NCBI GenBank assembly: GCA_976551045.1
Contig: CDPCPM010000060.1
Coordinates: forward strand, 10,664,001 to 10,728,000
Length of the DNA stretch: 64,000 bases
From: Glaucostegus cemiculus
Lineage: Eukaryota
Direction: 5' to 3'
The notes under the pieces are model-generated. The model was not told the origin of the DNA and did no database searches. It saw only the letters and a list, made by a program, of their open reading frames with translations. Below are positions 24,616 through 36,799 of the stretch, piece by piece (the stretch's first letter is position 1; every line of letters starts with the position of its first letter). The translations under genes were made by a program, and so were the position numbers.

Positions 24616-26119
24616 AAACAGCCCCAGTCTTTCCAGTCCATACAGTATCTGCTAAACAGACCAACTGCAATGGGATCAAATTCTAATTTTAACTGGAAAA
24701 TGTATCTGTGCCCTAATGTCTGAAATAACAATTTCAAACGTATGCATGTCAATAATTTTGCTAACAATTCATTAGATCTGGATAAAAATAAATATGTTCT
24801 TATTTTTCTTAATTTTACTCCTGAGAAATTGAGACACCAATAAGACAATATTTTCCCAACAATTTTAGCATTCACCTAAATATTTTTCAAATTTGGTTTG
24901 GTAATATGGCATCAATGTGAAGGACAAAATATTCATGTAATTTCCTAAAGACACTGACGCATTATCAAAGTATATTATCTTTAACCATGAAATTAATTTT
25001 CACCCAGGTGGTGGTGAGGTCTGAAACTTGCTGCCTTAAACGGGGTAGAGTTGTAAACCCCTCACTGCACTTTTTTAGAAAGTATTTGAAGAGCTGTAAC
25101 CTGCAATGAGTTGCCTCCTTTCTCAATATAATTTTACTGTGATTCTGCACAATAAGTGCTCTAAGTATTGATTTCAATGAAATATAGCCTGGCTGTTAAA
25201 GGTATTATGTTGATTCTTTTAAAAAGTGAAGCATTGCATATGACAGAAAAAATACTATTTTTAATGGAATTTAATGATCGCAGTCCAACCAAGTGACTAT
25301 TCAGGCTTACCTCGTGACATGCTACATACTAGCTTGTGTTACTTGTAACAAATGTTTCCTGTTTTTGCTAACCACATAGAACAGTTGTTATTTTGTTAAT
25401 GGTTGAGTGAACAGAATGTATTCCTTATTGTATTTTTATTAGCATTTTGCAGAACTTATTAGAAATATTAAATGTTTAAATTAAGTAGGCTTAAGAGAGA
25501 ATTTTGAAGTATTCCTTTCTGCCCACCATATGTATTTTTCTTCCCATAATGTGAGTAATATTTTATTCCAGAAACAATCATTGCAAAGGACAATGTCAAC
25601 CTACTTGCCAAATGAGCTGTTCCCTTTGTATTTTTTGATCTTTCACTTTACTCATTCATTACCCCTTACTCATTCATTACCCCAGGACAAACTGGCCACC
25701 TAGGCTGCTTGTTCAGGGTTAGTGATGAAAAGTCACCTACAGCTTAGCTAGTACAGTCATGCCCCCTACAGGCAGATCCATAGCATTGTGTGGCTTGAAG
25801 TAGGCTGCTTTGGTCAGTTAAGCAGCACAGTGCGATACATTCTGAACAACTTGTGACCTCGTTTGACTAAACCTACTGGCAATAAGATTAGTGTCTTTCA
25901 GTAATGAGTTTGATTTTTAAAGGTTACAATTTGCTGATGAAAGCAGTTGCAAAATAATTGCTAAATTATGATTTTATATCTATTATTTATCACAGTCCAT
26001 AAAATATTACAATTTTTTTCCTTCGAAAATAACTATGAAGCTAAAAAAATTGGTTTTCTGGTTATCTGTGAGAATTTTTTCCAGTTTCTACCATTTTTGA
26101 TAGTTCTAACACTTTGTGT

Positions 26120-27095
26120 CATAGGGCACTACAGCACAGAAACTGGCCCTTTGGCCCATCTAGTCCATGCCACCTGATCTTCTGCCTAGTCCCATCTACC
26201 TGCACCCGGACCATATCCCTCCAAACCCCTCCCATCCAAGTACCTATCCAAACTTCTCTTAAATGTTGCAATTGAACCCACATCTACTACTTCTGCTGGC
26301 AGCACGCTCACACCACCCTCTGAGTGAAGAACTTTCCTCTCAGATTCTCCTTAAATATTTCACCTTTCACTCTAAACCAATGTCCACTAGTTCTAGTCTC
26401 ACCCAATTTGAGGGGAAAAAGCCTGCATGCATTCACCCTACCTATACCCCTCATAATTTTGTATACCTCTGTGAGATCTCCCCTCACTCTCCTGTGCTCC
26501 AGGGAATAAAGTCCTAACATATTCATCCTTTCCCTATAACTCAACTCCAAGCAACATCCTTGTAAATTTTCTCTGCGCCCTTTCAAGCTTATTGATTGAT
26601 ATCTTTCCTGTAGGTAGGTGACCAGAACTGTACACAATATTCTAAGTTCGGCCTCACCAGCATCTGGTACAACTTCAACATAACATCTCAACTCCTGTAC
26701 TCAATGCCCTGATTTATGAAGGCAAAAGTGCTAGAAGCTCTCTTTACGACCCTATCTATCTGTGATGCCACATTCAAGGAACTGTGGATCTGTATTCCCA
26801 ATTCCCCTTGTTCTACCGCATGCCTCAGAGCCCTACCATTCATTGTATATGTCTTACCCTAGTTTGTCTTCCCAAAGTGCAAAACCTCACACCTGTCTGC
26901 ATTAAATTCCATCTGCCATTTTTCAGTCCATTTACCTAGCTAGTCAAGATCATATTGCAAGCTTTGATAGTCTTCCTTGCTGTCCACTATGCGCGCGCCC
27001 CCCCCCCCCCCCCCCCCCCCAATCTTGGTGTCATCTGCAAATTTGCTGATCCAGTTTACCAAATCATTAAAATAGATGATGATTGACAACAACCT
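26120..27095 (-). mobile_element. CR1 LINE 3' fragment
   Basis: LGLYSLEHRRVRGDLTEVYKIMRGI...RTSGHWFRVKG...FFTQRVV; internal C23 run at 26998-27020. Confidence 0.92.
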
Positions 27096-27269
27096 ATAGA
27101 AATGTGGTGGAATCTAAAACATATGAATGAACTAGAAGGCCTAAGAGTTCTTCCATCATGCTGTAAGGTGCTACTAATTGCCTGTTGCATACTTTTCTTA
27201 TGGAGTTTACAAAGAAAAATAGGGTGAGCCCAGGACCAAGTTCTAGTCCTGGTGTTGGGATAGGGAAGG

Positions 27270-27400
27270 ATCCTGATGCAGGATTTCGACCTGAAACATT
27301 GACAGTTTCTTTCTTCCTACAGGTGCTGCATGACTTGCTGAGTACCTCCAGCACATTGTTGCTCCAGATTCCAGCATCTGCAGTCTCTTGTGTCTCCAGG
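27270..27400. repeat. Short Penelope-associated terminal repeat with degenerate hammerhead-like core
   Basis: CTGATGCAGGATTTCGACCTGAAAC followed by GCTCCAGATTCCAGCATCTGCAGTCTCTTGTGTCTC, the reverse complement of 23776-23812. Confidence 0.75.
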
Positions 27401-28991
27401 CCTGATTAAATCAGGGCTTGATCAGCTGGAGATGGGAGTGGTAGCTGGAGATTGGAGCTTGTGGCAGTGAGGGAAGGTGGTGGCCTCTGGAAATTGGAGA
27501 GGGCAGTAGGAAATTCTTTGGGGGTCTTTAGGGGCCTTGTGCAGTGTTGCCTGCAGGTGTGAACCTGATGGAGGTGGAAGTTGGCAATTGGAGCCTTGGA
27601 GCATGAGAAAGACTGACAAGGAAGCATGGGGAGCCATGTGGTGGTGGGTGTGAACAATCTGAGGTCTGAGGGGAGAAGGTAGGGCTTAAGGTAGATTAAA
27701 GGGAACCTACCTGTATTGGGTTCCCTATGCTGGGGTGGCATCTGTTTAATAGACATCCTTTAAGTTACAGAAAAAAATCAGTGCTATGCTGCTGTATTCC
27801 AGATCAAACATTTTTCTTTACTGCATTGTTATGTGCGTCAGAATAAATTAAATTTTACAAATGATTCTCATCAATTTGGCAGTTTCAGTCCCTCATTTCC
27901 ATTTTGTTAAGAAGTCCAAGTGAATGGGTTTAACAGATACAGGAGTGTGATGCCTACATTTTATCTCCCACATATGGCAGATGAACAGATGTTACAAAAT
28001 GTGAAACCCAATCTGCTAGTATTATTTCCAGTTTAATCATAAAAGATCCCACTAGAGATGTGAATAAGAGGTTATAATATTTAAATCAGGCTCTTTTCCT
28101 TGGATTTTGAGATCCATTTGAGCTTAATGGGCATGAGCTTTATTTCCCAGGGCCTTGGAATGCCAGCAACTGAAGTGAGATGGTGGCTGCCAGCTCCAGC
28201 TGTTTGAGTGTTTTTCTAATATTGTTTATGGGCCAGGACGTGTGTAGAGCTATTTCCTGCCTCCTCAAGCAAACCTATTATAATTTCTCCTTCTCTGCAA
28301 TCTTCCAATTTTCCCCTGCAATGTCTGGGCCTTCTGAAATGGCCTCCTCTATTCCTCATATCTGTGCTTCAAATTCCTCACCCCTTCTAACACCCATTGC
28401 TGGATATCATCTGCAATGAACGCTGGCTCTGGCCTTTTACACATGTTTTATTGTCAGGCTATTGGCCACCTTGCCAACCTACCCAGCTGCCAGGAATGAA
28501 AAATACTCTTTTGAAGTGCTGAATCGCAACATCTTCCAAACATTTCATAGTCTTGTTGTCACTCCTTCCATCTCCCAGTAAAATATAAGAACTCAACTTT
28601 CAGGAAATAATCATATTTTTAACATTGTTTAAATGGCTCTTTTAATATTGTTTAAATAGCCTTTGGTATTTGCAGAAGAAGGGAAATGTTTTATTTGTTT
28701 ACCCCTTGCCTCTCAACCTCTGTTCCTATTCTTTTTGGGAATTTATCTTTCTTGGAACATTGTAGAGTAAATGCTGGCTACTTCATAATATGATGTAGTA
28801 ATGCTTTCTTATCAGGTTTCCTGTGTTTTGCAAATGTTATGCTGTAAGTGCTTAATTTATGGTACTGTACAGCGAGAAGAAATTTTAATAGTTGATTCCA
28901 AATGAATTTAACAAGTTTATAGTTTGCTTTTAAAGATGTCCATCACTAAAGTTTTTTAATTAACATTTTGTTTATCTTTAACTCATTTAAG

Positions 28992-29058
28992 GTAGAGAAT
29001 TGTATTGACATTGAAGACACAGACAGTGGCAAAGGGAGTGAACAGCAAAGTAGCACTG
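28992..29058 (+). CDS. IFTAP: IFTAP coding exon 3
   Basis: TTTAAG|GTA...; VENCIDIEDTDSGKGSEQQSST matches the IFTAP VDNFLDLEDLD motif. 67 bp, donor CTG|GTAGGT, phase 1. Confidence 0.85.
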
Positions 29059-29329
29059 GTAGGTACTCAGTGTAAACTGTAATAATTTAAACTGGATAAA
29101 TGAATTTAGCAGAATGGAGACTATTTTCTGGTGCTTATAGTCTATTCAATTCTTGCTATTTTTTAGCATACATTTTCAGGTTCATTTCTCAATTTTATAC
29201 TTGTTGAAATAGTTTCCAGTCGCTGTGGAACAATTTGCCTAGAATAATTTCAAATCCAGTATCTGGCAGTTCAACTTTACAAGTCAACAATATTGTAATT
29301 TATCATTCATTACTGAGAATTTAAGTATT

Positions 29330-30090
29330 GTTATTGGTTTATCATTGTCACATGTACCGAGATGCAGTGAAAATTTTTTGTTTGTGTGCCATTCTGTCAG
29401 ATCATGCCATATATAAATATATTGAAGTAGCAAAAAGAAAAACAGAATGCAGAATATAGTGTTGTAGCTACAGAAGTGCAGTGCAGGTAAACAAATAAAA
29501 TGCAAAGGCCACAATGAGGTAGATTGGGAGATCAAGAGTTCATCTTGAGCATATGAGAGGTCTGTTCAAGAGTCTGATAATAGCTGGATAGAAGCTGTCC
29601 TAGAGTCTGGTGGTACATGTCTCCAAGCTTTGTATCTTCTGCTTGACGGGAGAGGGGAGAATGACTGAGGTGGGAGGGGTCCTTGATTACTTTGCCTGTT
29701 TTCAGTCTACACTTCTTGGTGCCTTGTGAATCGATGGAAGGGATGCTGGTCTGTTTGATGCACTGGGCTGAGTTCACAACTCTCTGCAACTTCTTGCAGT
29801 CTTGAGCAGAGCAGTTACTATACCAAGCTGTGGTGCATTAGGATAGGATGCTTTCTGTGGTGCATCTGTAAAATTTGCTAAGTGTCATTGAGGTAAGTGT
29901 CACGCTGAATTTCTTTAGCCTTCTGAGCAAGTGGAGGCATTGGTGTGCATTCTTAGCTGTGGTGTCCACATGGCTGGACCAGGACAAATTGTTGGTGATA
30001 CTTATACCTAGGAACTTGAAACTCTCAACCATCTCCACCTCAGCACTATTGATACAGACTGGGGAGTGTTCTCCATTGTGTCCACTCAAC
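29330..30090 (-). mobile_element. Rex1/Babar-like LINE 3' fragment
   Basis: VEMVESFKFLGISITNNLSWSSH...LHLLRRLKKF...FYRCTTESILS. Confidence 0.9.
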
Positions 30091-30194
30091 TAATATAACC
30101 ACCCATAACTAGTTAGAATCATGTTACTTTGAAGGAGGACATTTGGGCTATTTTGCGTGCAAAAATTGACTTTCATTTCGTAGTCTATACTTTA

Positions 30195-30570
30195 TTGGTA
30201 TTGGTTTATTATTGTCACTTGTACTGAGGTACAGTGAACAGCTTATCTTACAAACTGATCGTACAGGTCAATTCATTACACGGTGCAGTTACACTGAGTC
30301 AGTACAGAGTGCATTGATGTAGTACAGGTAAAAACAATAACAGTACAGAGTAAAGTGTCACAGCTACAGAGAAAGTGCAGTGCAATAAGGTGCAAGGTCA
30401 CAACAAGGTAGATAGTGAGGTCATACTCCATCTCATTGTATAAGGTAACCATTCAGTAGTCTTATCACAGTGGGGTAGAAGTTGTCCTTGAGTCTGGTGG
30501 TACGTGCCCTCAGGCTCCTGTATCTTCTACCCGATGGAAGAAGAGAGAATGTCCCGGGTGGCTGGGGTAG
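30195..30570 (-). mobile_element. Rex1/Babar-like LINE 3' fragment
   Basis: Close inverted match to about 20500-20866. Confidence 0.88.
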
Positions 30571-31749
30571 CTACAACACTATATTCTGTATTCTGTTTTT
30601 CTTTTTACTACCTCAATATATTTATATATGGTATGTTCTGATAGAATGGCACACCACAAAAAATTTATAAAATACCAAATAATTTTTTCTTGAACCATTG
30701 TCTCAAAATGCATTCTGACCATTGGTGCGTGTTTCATTCTTTTCTGTTTTTAAACAGGGCTGTAATACTAAGAAGAAACATAAGAATAGGAACAGGGCAT
30801 TTAGCCCCTATTGCCTTTTCTACCACTTAATGATAGTTGTGATGTAATTTTCTGTATTGACCTTTGTTTCTGGTCTGTGTCTTTTGATTAACAAGAATTA
30901 AATACAAAACTCTTATTTCTTTATCATAGCCAGATCAGCTGTACAGTATGAAATGAATTTGGTATAACATTGTTCTTAATACTTATATTAGACCTAATTC
31001 AATCTGGTACCAGTGCAAAATACTGTCATTGATCACTAACCATTTTCACATATTTGCTTGCAAATTCTTCTCTTTAAATCGTGTGCATTTGAGGCCTTCC
31101 ATTTGCAATTATGAATATTTAGGGACTTAGTTCATATATTTTAAAACATTATGGACTTGTTTTATTTACTGAGCTAAGTATGGTTATGTCTTTATTTTTC
31201 AACTGCAGAATGTATTTTATTGACCTTTGTATTTGAATGCAAGTTATTCATGATAAGATTAATCATGATTCTAGCAACTGCTACCCAGGGACAGTCCCTG
31301 CTGTGCCACAGTTGCCTTAGACAGGCTGTTCTGCTTCAGTGCAGCTCATTAAACTGCAGCTGGGCAGATAAGTAGCAAAACAGCAGACACCGATAATGAA
31401 TACACTTAATGGCTCAGGAATTGAGGTAATACTTTAGTTGGGGCATTATGATAAAAGCATTGTTTCAAATAAAAGCAGGAAACAAAATAAATATCAATAC
31501 TGCATTGGATTTATGTAATACTTCCTTCGTTGAGAACTTTTGCTGGTTAGACCTTGAAAACTGCAGCCTTTTCCAATTAATACAAGAGTAATTTATTGAA
31601 TGAACAAATTAAAAGAATTTCTAGAAAATGGGCAGTCATGTCATAGCTGAAATTTATTGTCATTGTCTAATAGTGGCCTTTTTTTCTTGAACTATTGTTG
31701 TCTATTATGTCATGGTGGTCTACAACAGTGATAAGTAGATATTTCCATG

Positions 31750-33560
31750 ACTTTGGTCTAGTGATATTGAAGGAATAATATATTCCCAAGGCAGGGTGTT
31801 GAGCAATTTGGAAGGTGACTTGAAGGTCTTTCCACCACCCATAAGGGGTAAGTCAGAAACATGATGGAATTCTCTAAATTGCCTGGATGAGTGCACTCCC
31901 AACAAATCTCAAGAAGCTTTACTCCATCTAGGACAAAGTAGTGGCACTGGGCTTCAAAACGACTGTTACTCACCCAAACTACCTTGACACACCTTCCAAA
32001 CCCACAACCTCTACTACAAGAAAGAAAAGGGCACTGAGTGCATGAGAAATCAGTCACCTGCAGGTTTCTCTCCTGACCATCCTGATTTGTAAATATATCG
32101 CTAGTTGGGCTTAAGTCCTGTCCAGCAGCCCTGCCTGAGTACCTTCTTCGTAAGTACTACATCAGTTGAAGAAGGCAGCTCACCCCCATCTCTTTGTGGG
32201 CAGTTAGGAATAGGCAATAAAAATGATAACTTCACGTCTGCTGTCCTTGAACTTCTAGTTGAAGTATAGGAAGAGCTGTCAAAGAAACTCCTTGGTGAGT
32301 CACCTGCAGAGCACATAGTAGATATTACCCATTACAGCCATAATAGAAATGGTGGTTTTTGGATGGCTATAATCCTGGTCAAGAAATCTGCCTTATGCTG
32401 GATGAAAATGAGCTTCTTGAATGGTGCTGCATCTGTACACATTCAAGCAAGTGAAGACTATTCCATTAAATTCCAGACATCTGCCTTGTACATAATGAAG
32501 TCAGAAGTTGAACCAGTTGTGGCAGTATATCACCTGATCTAGTAGCCAGAGCACTTATGTGGCTGATCTGTTGAATTTCTGTTCAGTGCTGATGTCTAGA
32601 AGGTTGGGTGTTTTTTGCGATTGTTTTTTGCGGGGAAATAATGAGGATCTCTTGTTGGAGTTGGTCGTTGTGTAACATGAATATTACTAGGTACTTATCA
32701 GCCTGATGTTCTTCAGGTCCTGGTCTATATGCTCAAGGACCATTTACCCCCGAACACTACGCACTACAACTTCACTCCGATCTAATAGTGGAAGGAATGC
32801 CTTGAACGCTGCCCTCGTCTAGAATGTTCAATCTCACACAGTTGGGTACTTGGTACTTTGAGTGTGTTTGCTTTCTGCTTGGTGACCTGCTGTGTGTAGA
32901 TGCTACCTTGAAGAAACCCTTTATATCTGCAAAGTGTCAATTTCTCAGTTGGTGGCTGAAGGTGTTGAATCCTGTAACAAGTGTCATTTTCCTTCTTAGC
33001 CACTGTTACCTGACTGAATAGATATTCTTGGCTATCAGAAAGAAGAAAACCACAAAGATAAGATCATAATGAGAGTAAACAAGCTAGAGATATGTGTGTG
33101 CGTTGTCAGCAGTTTCTAAATTTGATAGAAAGGGCAAATAAGATCCAAGAAGGAATATTGGGTCTGTCTGTATTTTGTCTTCAATGACCTCTGCACCATT
33201 GCTGAGAATGCTCAATGGCAGTTGCATCAATAATTCTAGCAGTATCTCCTCCAAGCTAGTTTGACCTCTTCACTTGTGGGTAGCTGTTTCACTAGAGGGA
33301 GAGGCTGAGAGGGGCAAAGAGAGTGAGATGTGTACAAGCTGTAAAATGCAGGTGTATTTAAATTTTAAAGTTGTGATTGAAGCAGATTGTTAGGTGAGTG
33401 ATGAGGGTGTATACATTGAAGGTGTAAATTAGGGAGAATTGTTGAGAATTGGGATTTGATCACTGACCTTGATAGCATCCATGAGATCATTAAACATTGT
33501 GCACTATGTCCATGTCCTTTGGGCCCCTCTCCTAGCATTGATCTCAAGTGCCGACTTCTG
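31750..33560. mobile_element. Old degenerate LINE fragments (CR1/L2 group), both orientations
   Basis: AWMSALP...LKKL.SI.DK-like remnants on +, decayed RT remnants on -. Confidence 0.55.
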
Positions 33561-34798
33561 TAGCTTCACTATTTTTATTTAGATTTGGACCTGTGGGGTA
33601 TCCTGGTAAACGTATGACTCAAGTACCTTTCTCTTTCTCTTCATCTCGTCAATAAGGGTGTTCAGAGTCTTCAGTGTCTTCACTCTCTTTGATGTGCCCT
33701 CATCTTGCCCAGTCTTTGAATTGACTCTCACCAGCTGTTGCAGATGTCACTTCACTTAAAGTAGCTTTCTTCAAATTGGTGCCAGCCACTCATTAAGTTT
33801 CACATGGTGGCTGTAAACAAAGCTATTATAACATGTTTAAACAGTTTGTTGAAATCTTGATGAAATGGTGGGAGCAAAGATTTTGTATTCACCTTGCACT
33901 GGGTCATAGATGTAAAGATATCTTTCTATTGTTTGAGGAAGAGCAGGGCACTTTCCTGGCATCAGTTGAGACACACCACTTAAACTAATCTTTCTCCCAT
34001 TGCTATTTATGGGGCTTATGTATAGTGGTTTCCATGTTTTCTTAATTTCTTACATACAATTTAATTTTTTAGCAGTGAAGAACTTTGAGATATGATGGAG
34101 GTGGGCATGTTCATTCTTTATTAATATTATCTTGTAGTTAACTGTGACTATCTCTTCACATAACCTGCCTATAATTTTTTCCTCAATCTATATTGGAAGA
34201 TGCTGCACATTTGCTGATTAGTAAGACTAATAAATGGCCAATAATTGAGACTAATGTACTAATGTTGTGGGGGACTATGACAGTGAGTAGAGTCCTACTA
34301 CTTTAGAGAACAAATGTGATTGATATTGGCACTATTCTGTGGCTTGCACACCATGACACAGTAAAACTCATTCAACAAAATTCTGTTGCTAAATATTATA
34401 ATGTGGTATTGAAGGAATATCAGGTAGTTCAAAATCAAACTTAAAACTGAGATGCTGGTTACTTTCATAATTTGAAGGCACTGTATTTGGCAAATTCAAA
34501 GTCTAAAAATAATCTGTGCAGGGGTATTGCTAGTAATTCCACATATATTGTGCAAGGAAGTTGATGATGGGCATTTTCTATGATATGTCTGTGATGCTCA
34601 CAATGCAGGGATAGTTGTGAGTTCATAGGCTTTAATAAAATATTTATTACGAAATAGTCTTCAAAATATTCCAGTAATGCACAGACTAAGTTTGCCTAGA
34701 CATTTTCACTCCCATCTCGGTATAGCCACATTTTGGCTGCTCAAATATTTATAAATATTATTAGCATGTTATTAATTGCCACTGTCCATTGAATCTAG

Positions 34799-34932
34799 GA
34801 GGAGAAGTACTCCCAGGTAAAATAGAAGAGGAGATTCCTGCAAATTATTCTCATTGTGAATATAAATACACAACCCTTGACTTCAAACTGTATCCATGTG
34901 TTGAAGAGTTTAATAACAAAGCACATGACCAG
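34799..34932 (+). CDS. IFTAP: IFTAP coding exon 4
   Basis: CTAG|GA phase-1 join gives GGEVLPGKIEEEIPANYSHC...KAHDQ (IFTAP LPGEVE motif); donor CAG|GTACGC, phase 0. Confidence 0.82.
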
Positions 34933-35284
34933 GTACGCTGATTATTTAAGACATTTGAAAAATATTTTGGAGGCTTTACGCTGCTGCAAAGTAGCTACAT
35001 TGCTGATGCCCATAGATTGTATTTTCTGTGATCTGCTGATTACTGGTATGATGCTCAATTTGGACATTGTTCAAATCCAAAATGCATTTACTTTTGTTTA
35101 CTTGAACACATCAAATCCAAAATACTTTGTAGATGATTGTCCTATATTCCCAAGATCTTTCAAGGATTTTATTTCTTGCTGGCTCATTGACACTTTAGTT
35201 TTCAAATCAGATAGTTTCTTGTAATTTGTAATGTAAGAGAAAAATAAGAGGAAAAGCAGCCTTTGTGTTTCTGTTTGCACTCTT

Positions 35285-35465
35285 ATGTGTTGCCTGATAG
35301 GGTGGTGGAGGCAAATTCATTGGGGGCTTTTAAGAGGGGCTTGGATGGACACATGAATGAGAGGAAAATGGAGGTATATGGGCATTTTGTAGGTAGGAAG
35401 GATTAGCTATGTCAGCACAATATGATGGGCTGAAGGGCCTGTTCTGTGCTATACTGTTCTATATT
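35285..35465 (+). mobile_element. CR1 LINE extreme 3' end
   Basis: GGTGGTGGAGGCA...GGGCTGAAGGGCCTGTTCTGTGCTATACTGTTCTAT tail. Confidence 0.8.
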
Positions 35466-35709
35466 CTTTATCTATTTCGATATGAGTGTTGTAGTCGGCA
35501 AAAATATATAGACATCAGTGTGATTCCTAGAAAGTTTCAGTCATCAATTTAAAAACAAGGAGGACTTTTGAGCAGGTTTTAATTTCATAAATTTATCTTT
35601 TCTTTACTGTAAGTACTGAGCATTGTTTTACATAGATTCAGAGCGTAGCAGATATTTATGCATCCATATTTTCCACTTTGCCACATGATATAAAATCCTG
35701 TGGCAGGTA

Positions 35710-36200
35710 AATTGGTTTATTATTATCACATGTACTGAGGTACAGTGAAAAACTTGTCTTGCATACTGGCTATACAGATCATTCCATTACAACAGTACAT
35801 TGAGGTAGTACAAGGTAAAACAATAACAGAATTCAGAATAAAGTGTTGCAGCTACAGAGGAAGTGCAATGCAGGAAGACAATAAGGTGCAAGGCCATAAT
35901 GAGGTCAAGAGTCCATCCTATCATACTAGGGGACTGTTCAATAGTCTTATAACAGCAGGATAGAAGCTGTCTTTGAGCCTGGTTGTACGTGCTTTCAGAC
36001 TTTTGTATCTTCTGCCTGAAGGGAGGGGGGAGAAGAGAGAATGTCTAGGGTGGGAGGGGGCTTTGATTATGTTGGCTGTTTCACCAAGGCAACGTGTAGT
36101 GTAGAACATGTCCATGGGGGGGAGGCTGGTTTCTGTGATGTGCTGAGCTGTGTCCACAACTCTCTGCAGTTTCTTTTGGTCATGGGCTGAGCAGTTACCA
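35710..36200 (-). mobile_element. Rex1/Babar-like LINE 3' fragment, ending about 75 bp before the last IFTAP exon
   Basis: KKLQRVVDTAQHITETSLP...HSLFSPLPSGRRYKSLKARTTRLKDSFYPAVIRLLN. Confidence 0.9.
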
Positions 36201-36276
36201 GAGTAAGTGAAATTAGAGGAGGGCCATTTTTCCAACCATAATTTGCCAGCATGAAATCTGCTTTATTTTTCATTAG

Positions 36277-36450
36277 GTATTGACAGATGAAGTCCAGCCT
36301 TTCACATTGGATGAAGAATTTGATTATAACTGTGTTCATTTCAAACCCAAGTATACCGAGGCTGAACTTAAAACTCTTTCTGCCTTGTCACAACAGCGAA
36401 GAGAAAGTGGAGAATATAATGCAGCAAAATTGAATGATTCTGTCTTGTAA
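36277..36450 (+). CDS. IFTAP: IFTAP last coding exon
   Basis: TTTCATTAG|GTA; VLTDEVQPFTLDEEFDYNCVHFKPKYTEAELKTL...NDSVL* contains the hallmark DEVQ.F.LDEEFDY motif. Total spliced CDS is 636 nt in frame. Confidence 0.93.
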   Translation, partial: VLTDEVQPFTLDEEFDYNCVHFKPKYTEAELKTLSALSQQRRESGEYNAAKLNDSVL

Positions 36451-36640
36451 TGCAGTTGTCATTTTCTGGTGCAGTCTACCGGGCAGCATGACTTTCTGTT
36501 ACAAACAGTTGTTACATTTGAAATAGAATATGGGAAGGAGAACTTTCTAATCCCACAAAAACTTCTACTAATTGAAATCATGCAGTGAAATGTTAACAAA
36601 TTTCACATTTTTTAAATGACATTTGTTCTTATTTTAAATA

Positions 36641-36690
36641 ATTAAATTAGATAAAGATATAAAGTGACTGATTTGTTTGTGTTATTTTTT
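36641..36690 (+). terminator. Candidate IFTAP polyadenylation signal
   Basis: ATTAAA at 36641, about 190 nt after the stop, followed by a GT/T-rich element TTTGTTTGTGTTATTTTTT. Confidence 0.5.
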
Positions 36691-36799
36691 ACCTGTATTA
36701 CAAAGCATTATTTCATCCCATCAGAGATGTGAGTTATTATAAAATACAATAGATATCAGTCCACTTTCACTCATACTCAATAATCGGGATTCATGTATA

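Noticed and set aside
25826-25860. Other CACAGTG/CACTGTG heptamers (also about 4292, 43002, 45550, 55251) as RSS or RAG-transposon TIRs
   Set aside because: No nonamer at 12 or 23 bp spacing; such heptamers are expected by chance.
24990-25970. Acceptor-like sites near 25007, 25571 and 25922 as the extra IFTAP exon
   Set aside because: No phase-compatible donor and no IFTAP-like translation.
34856-35224. 122-aa ORF as a CDS
   Set aside because: It overlaps the real IFTAP exon in a different frame and runs into the intron.
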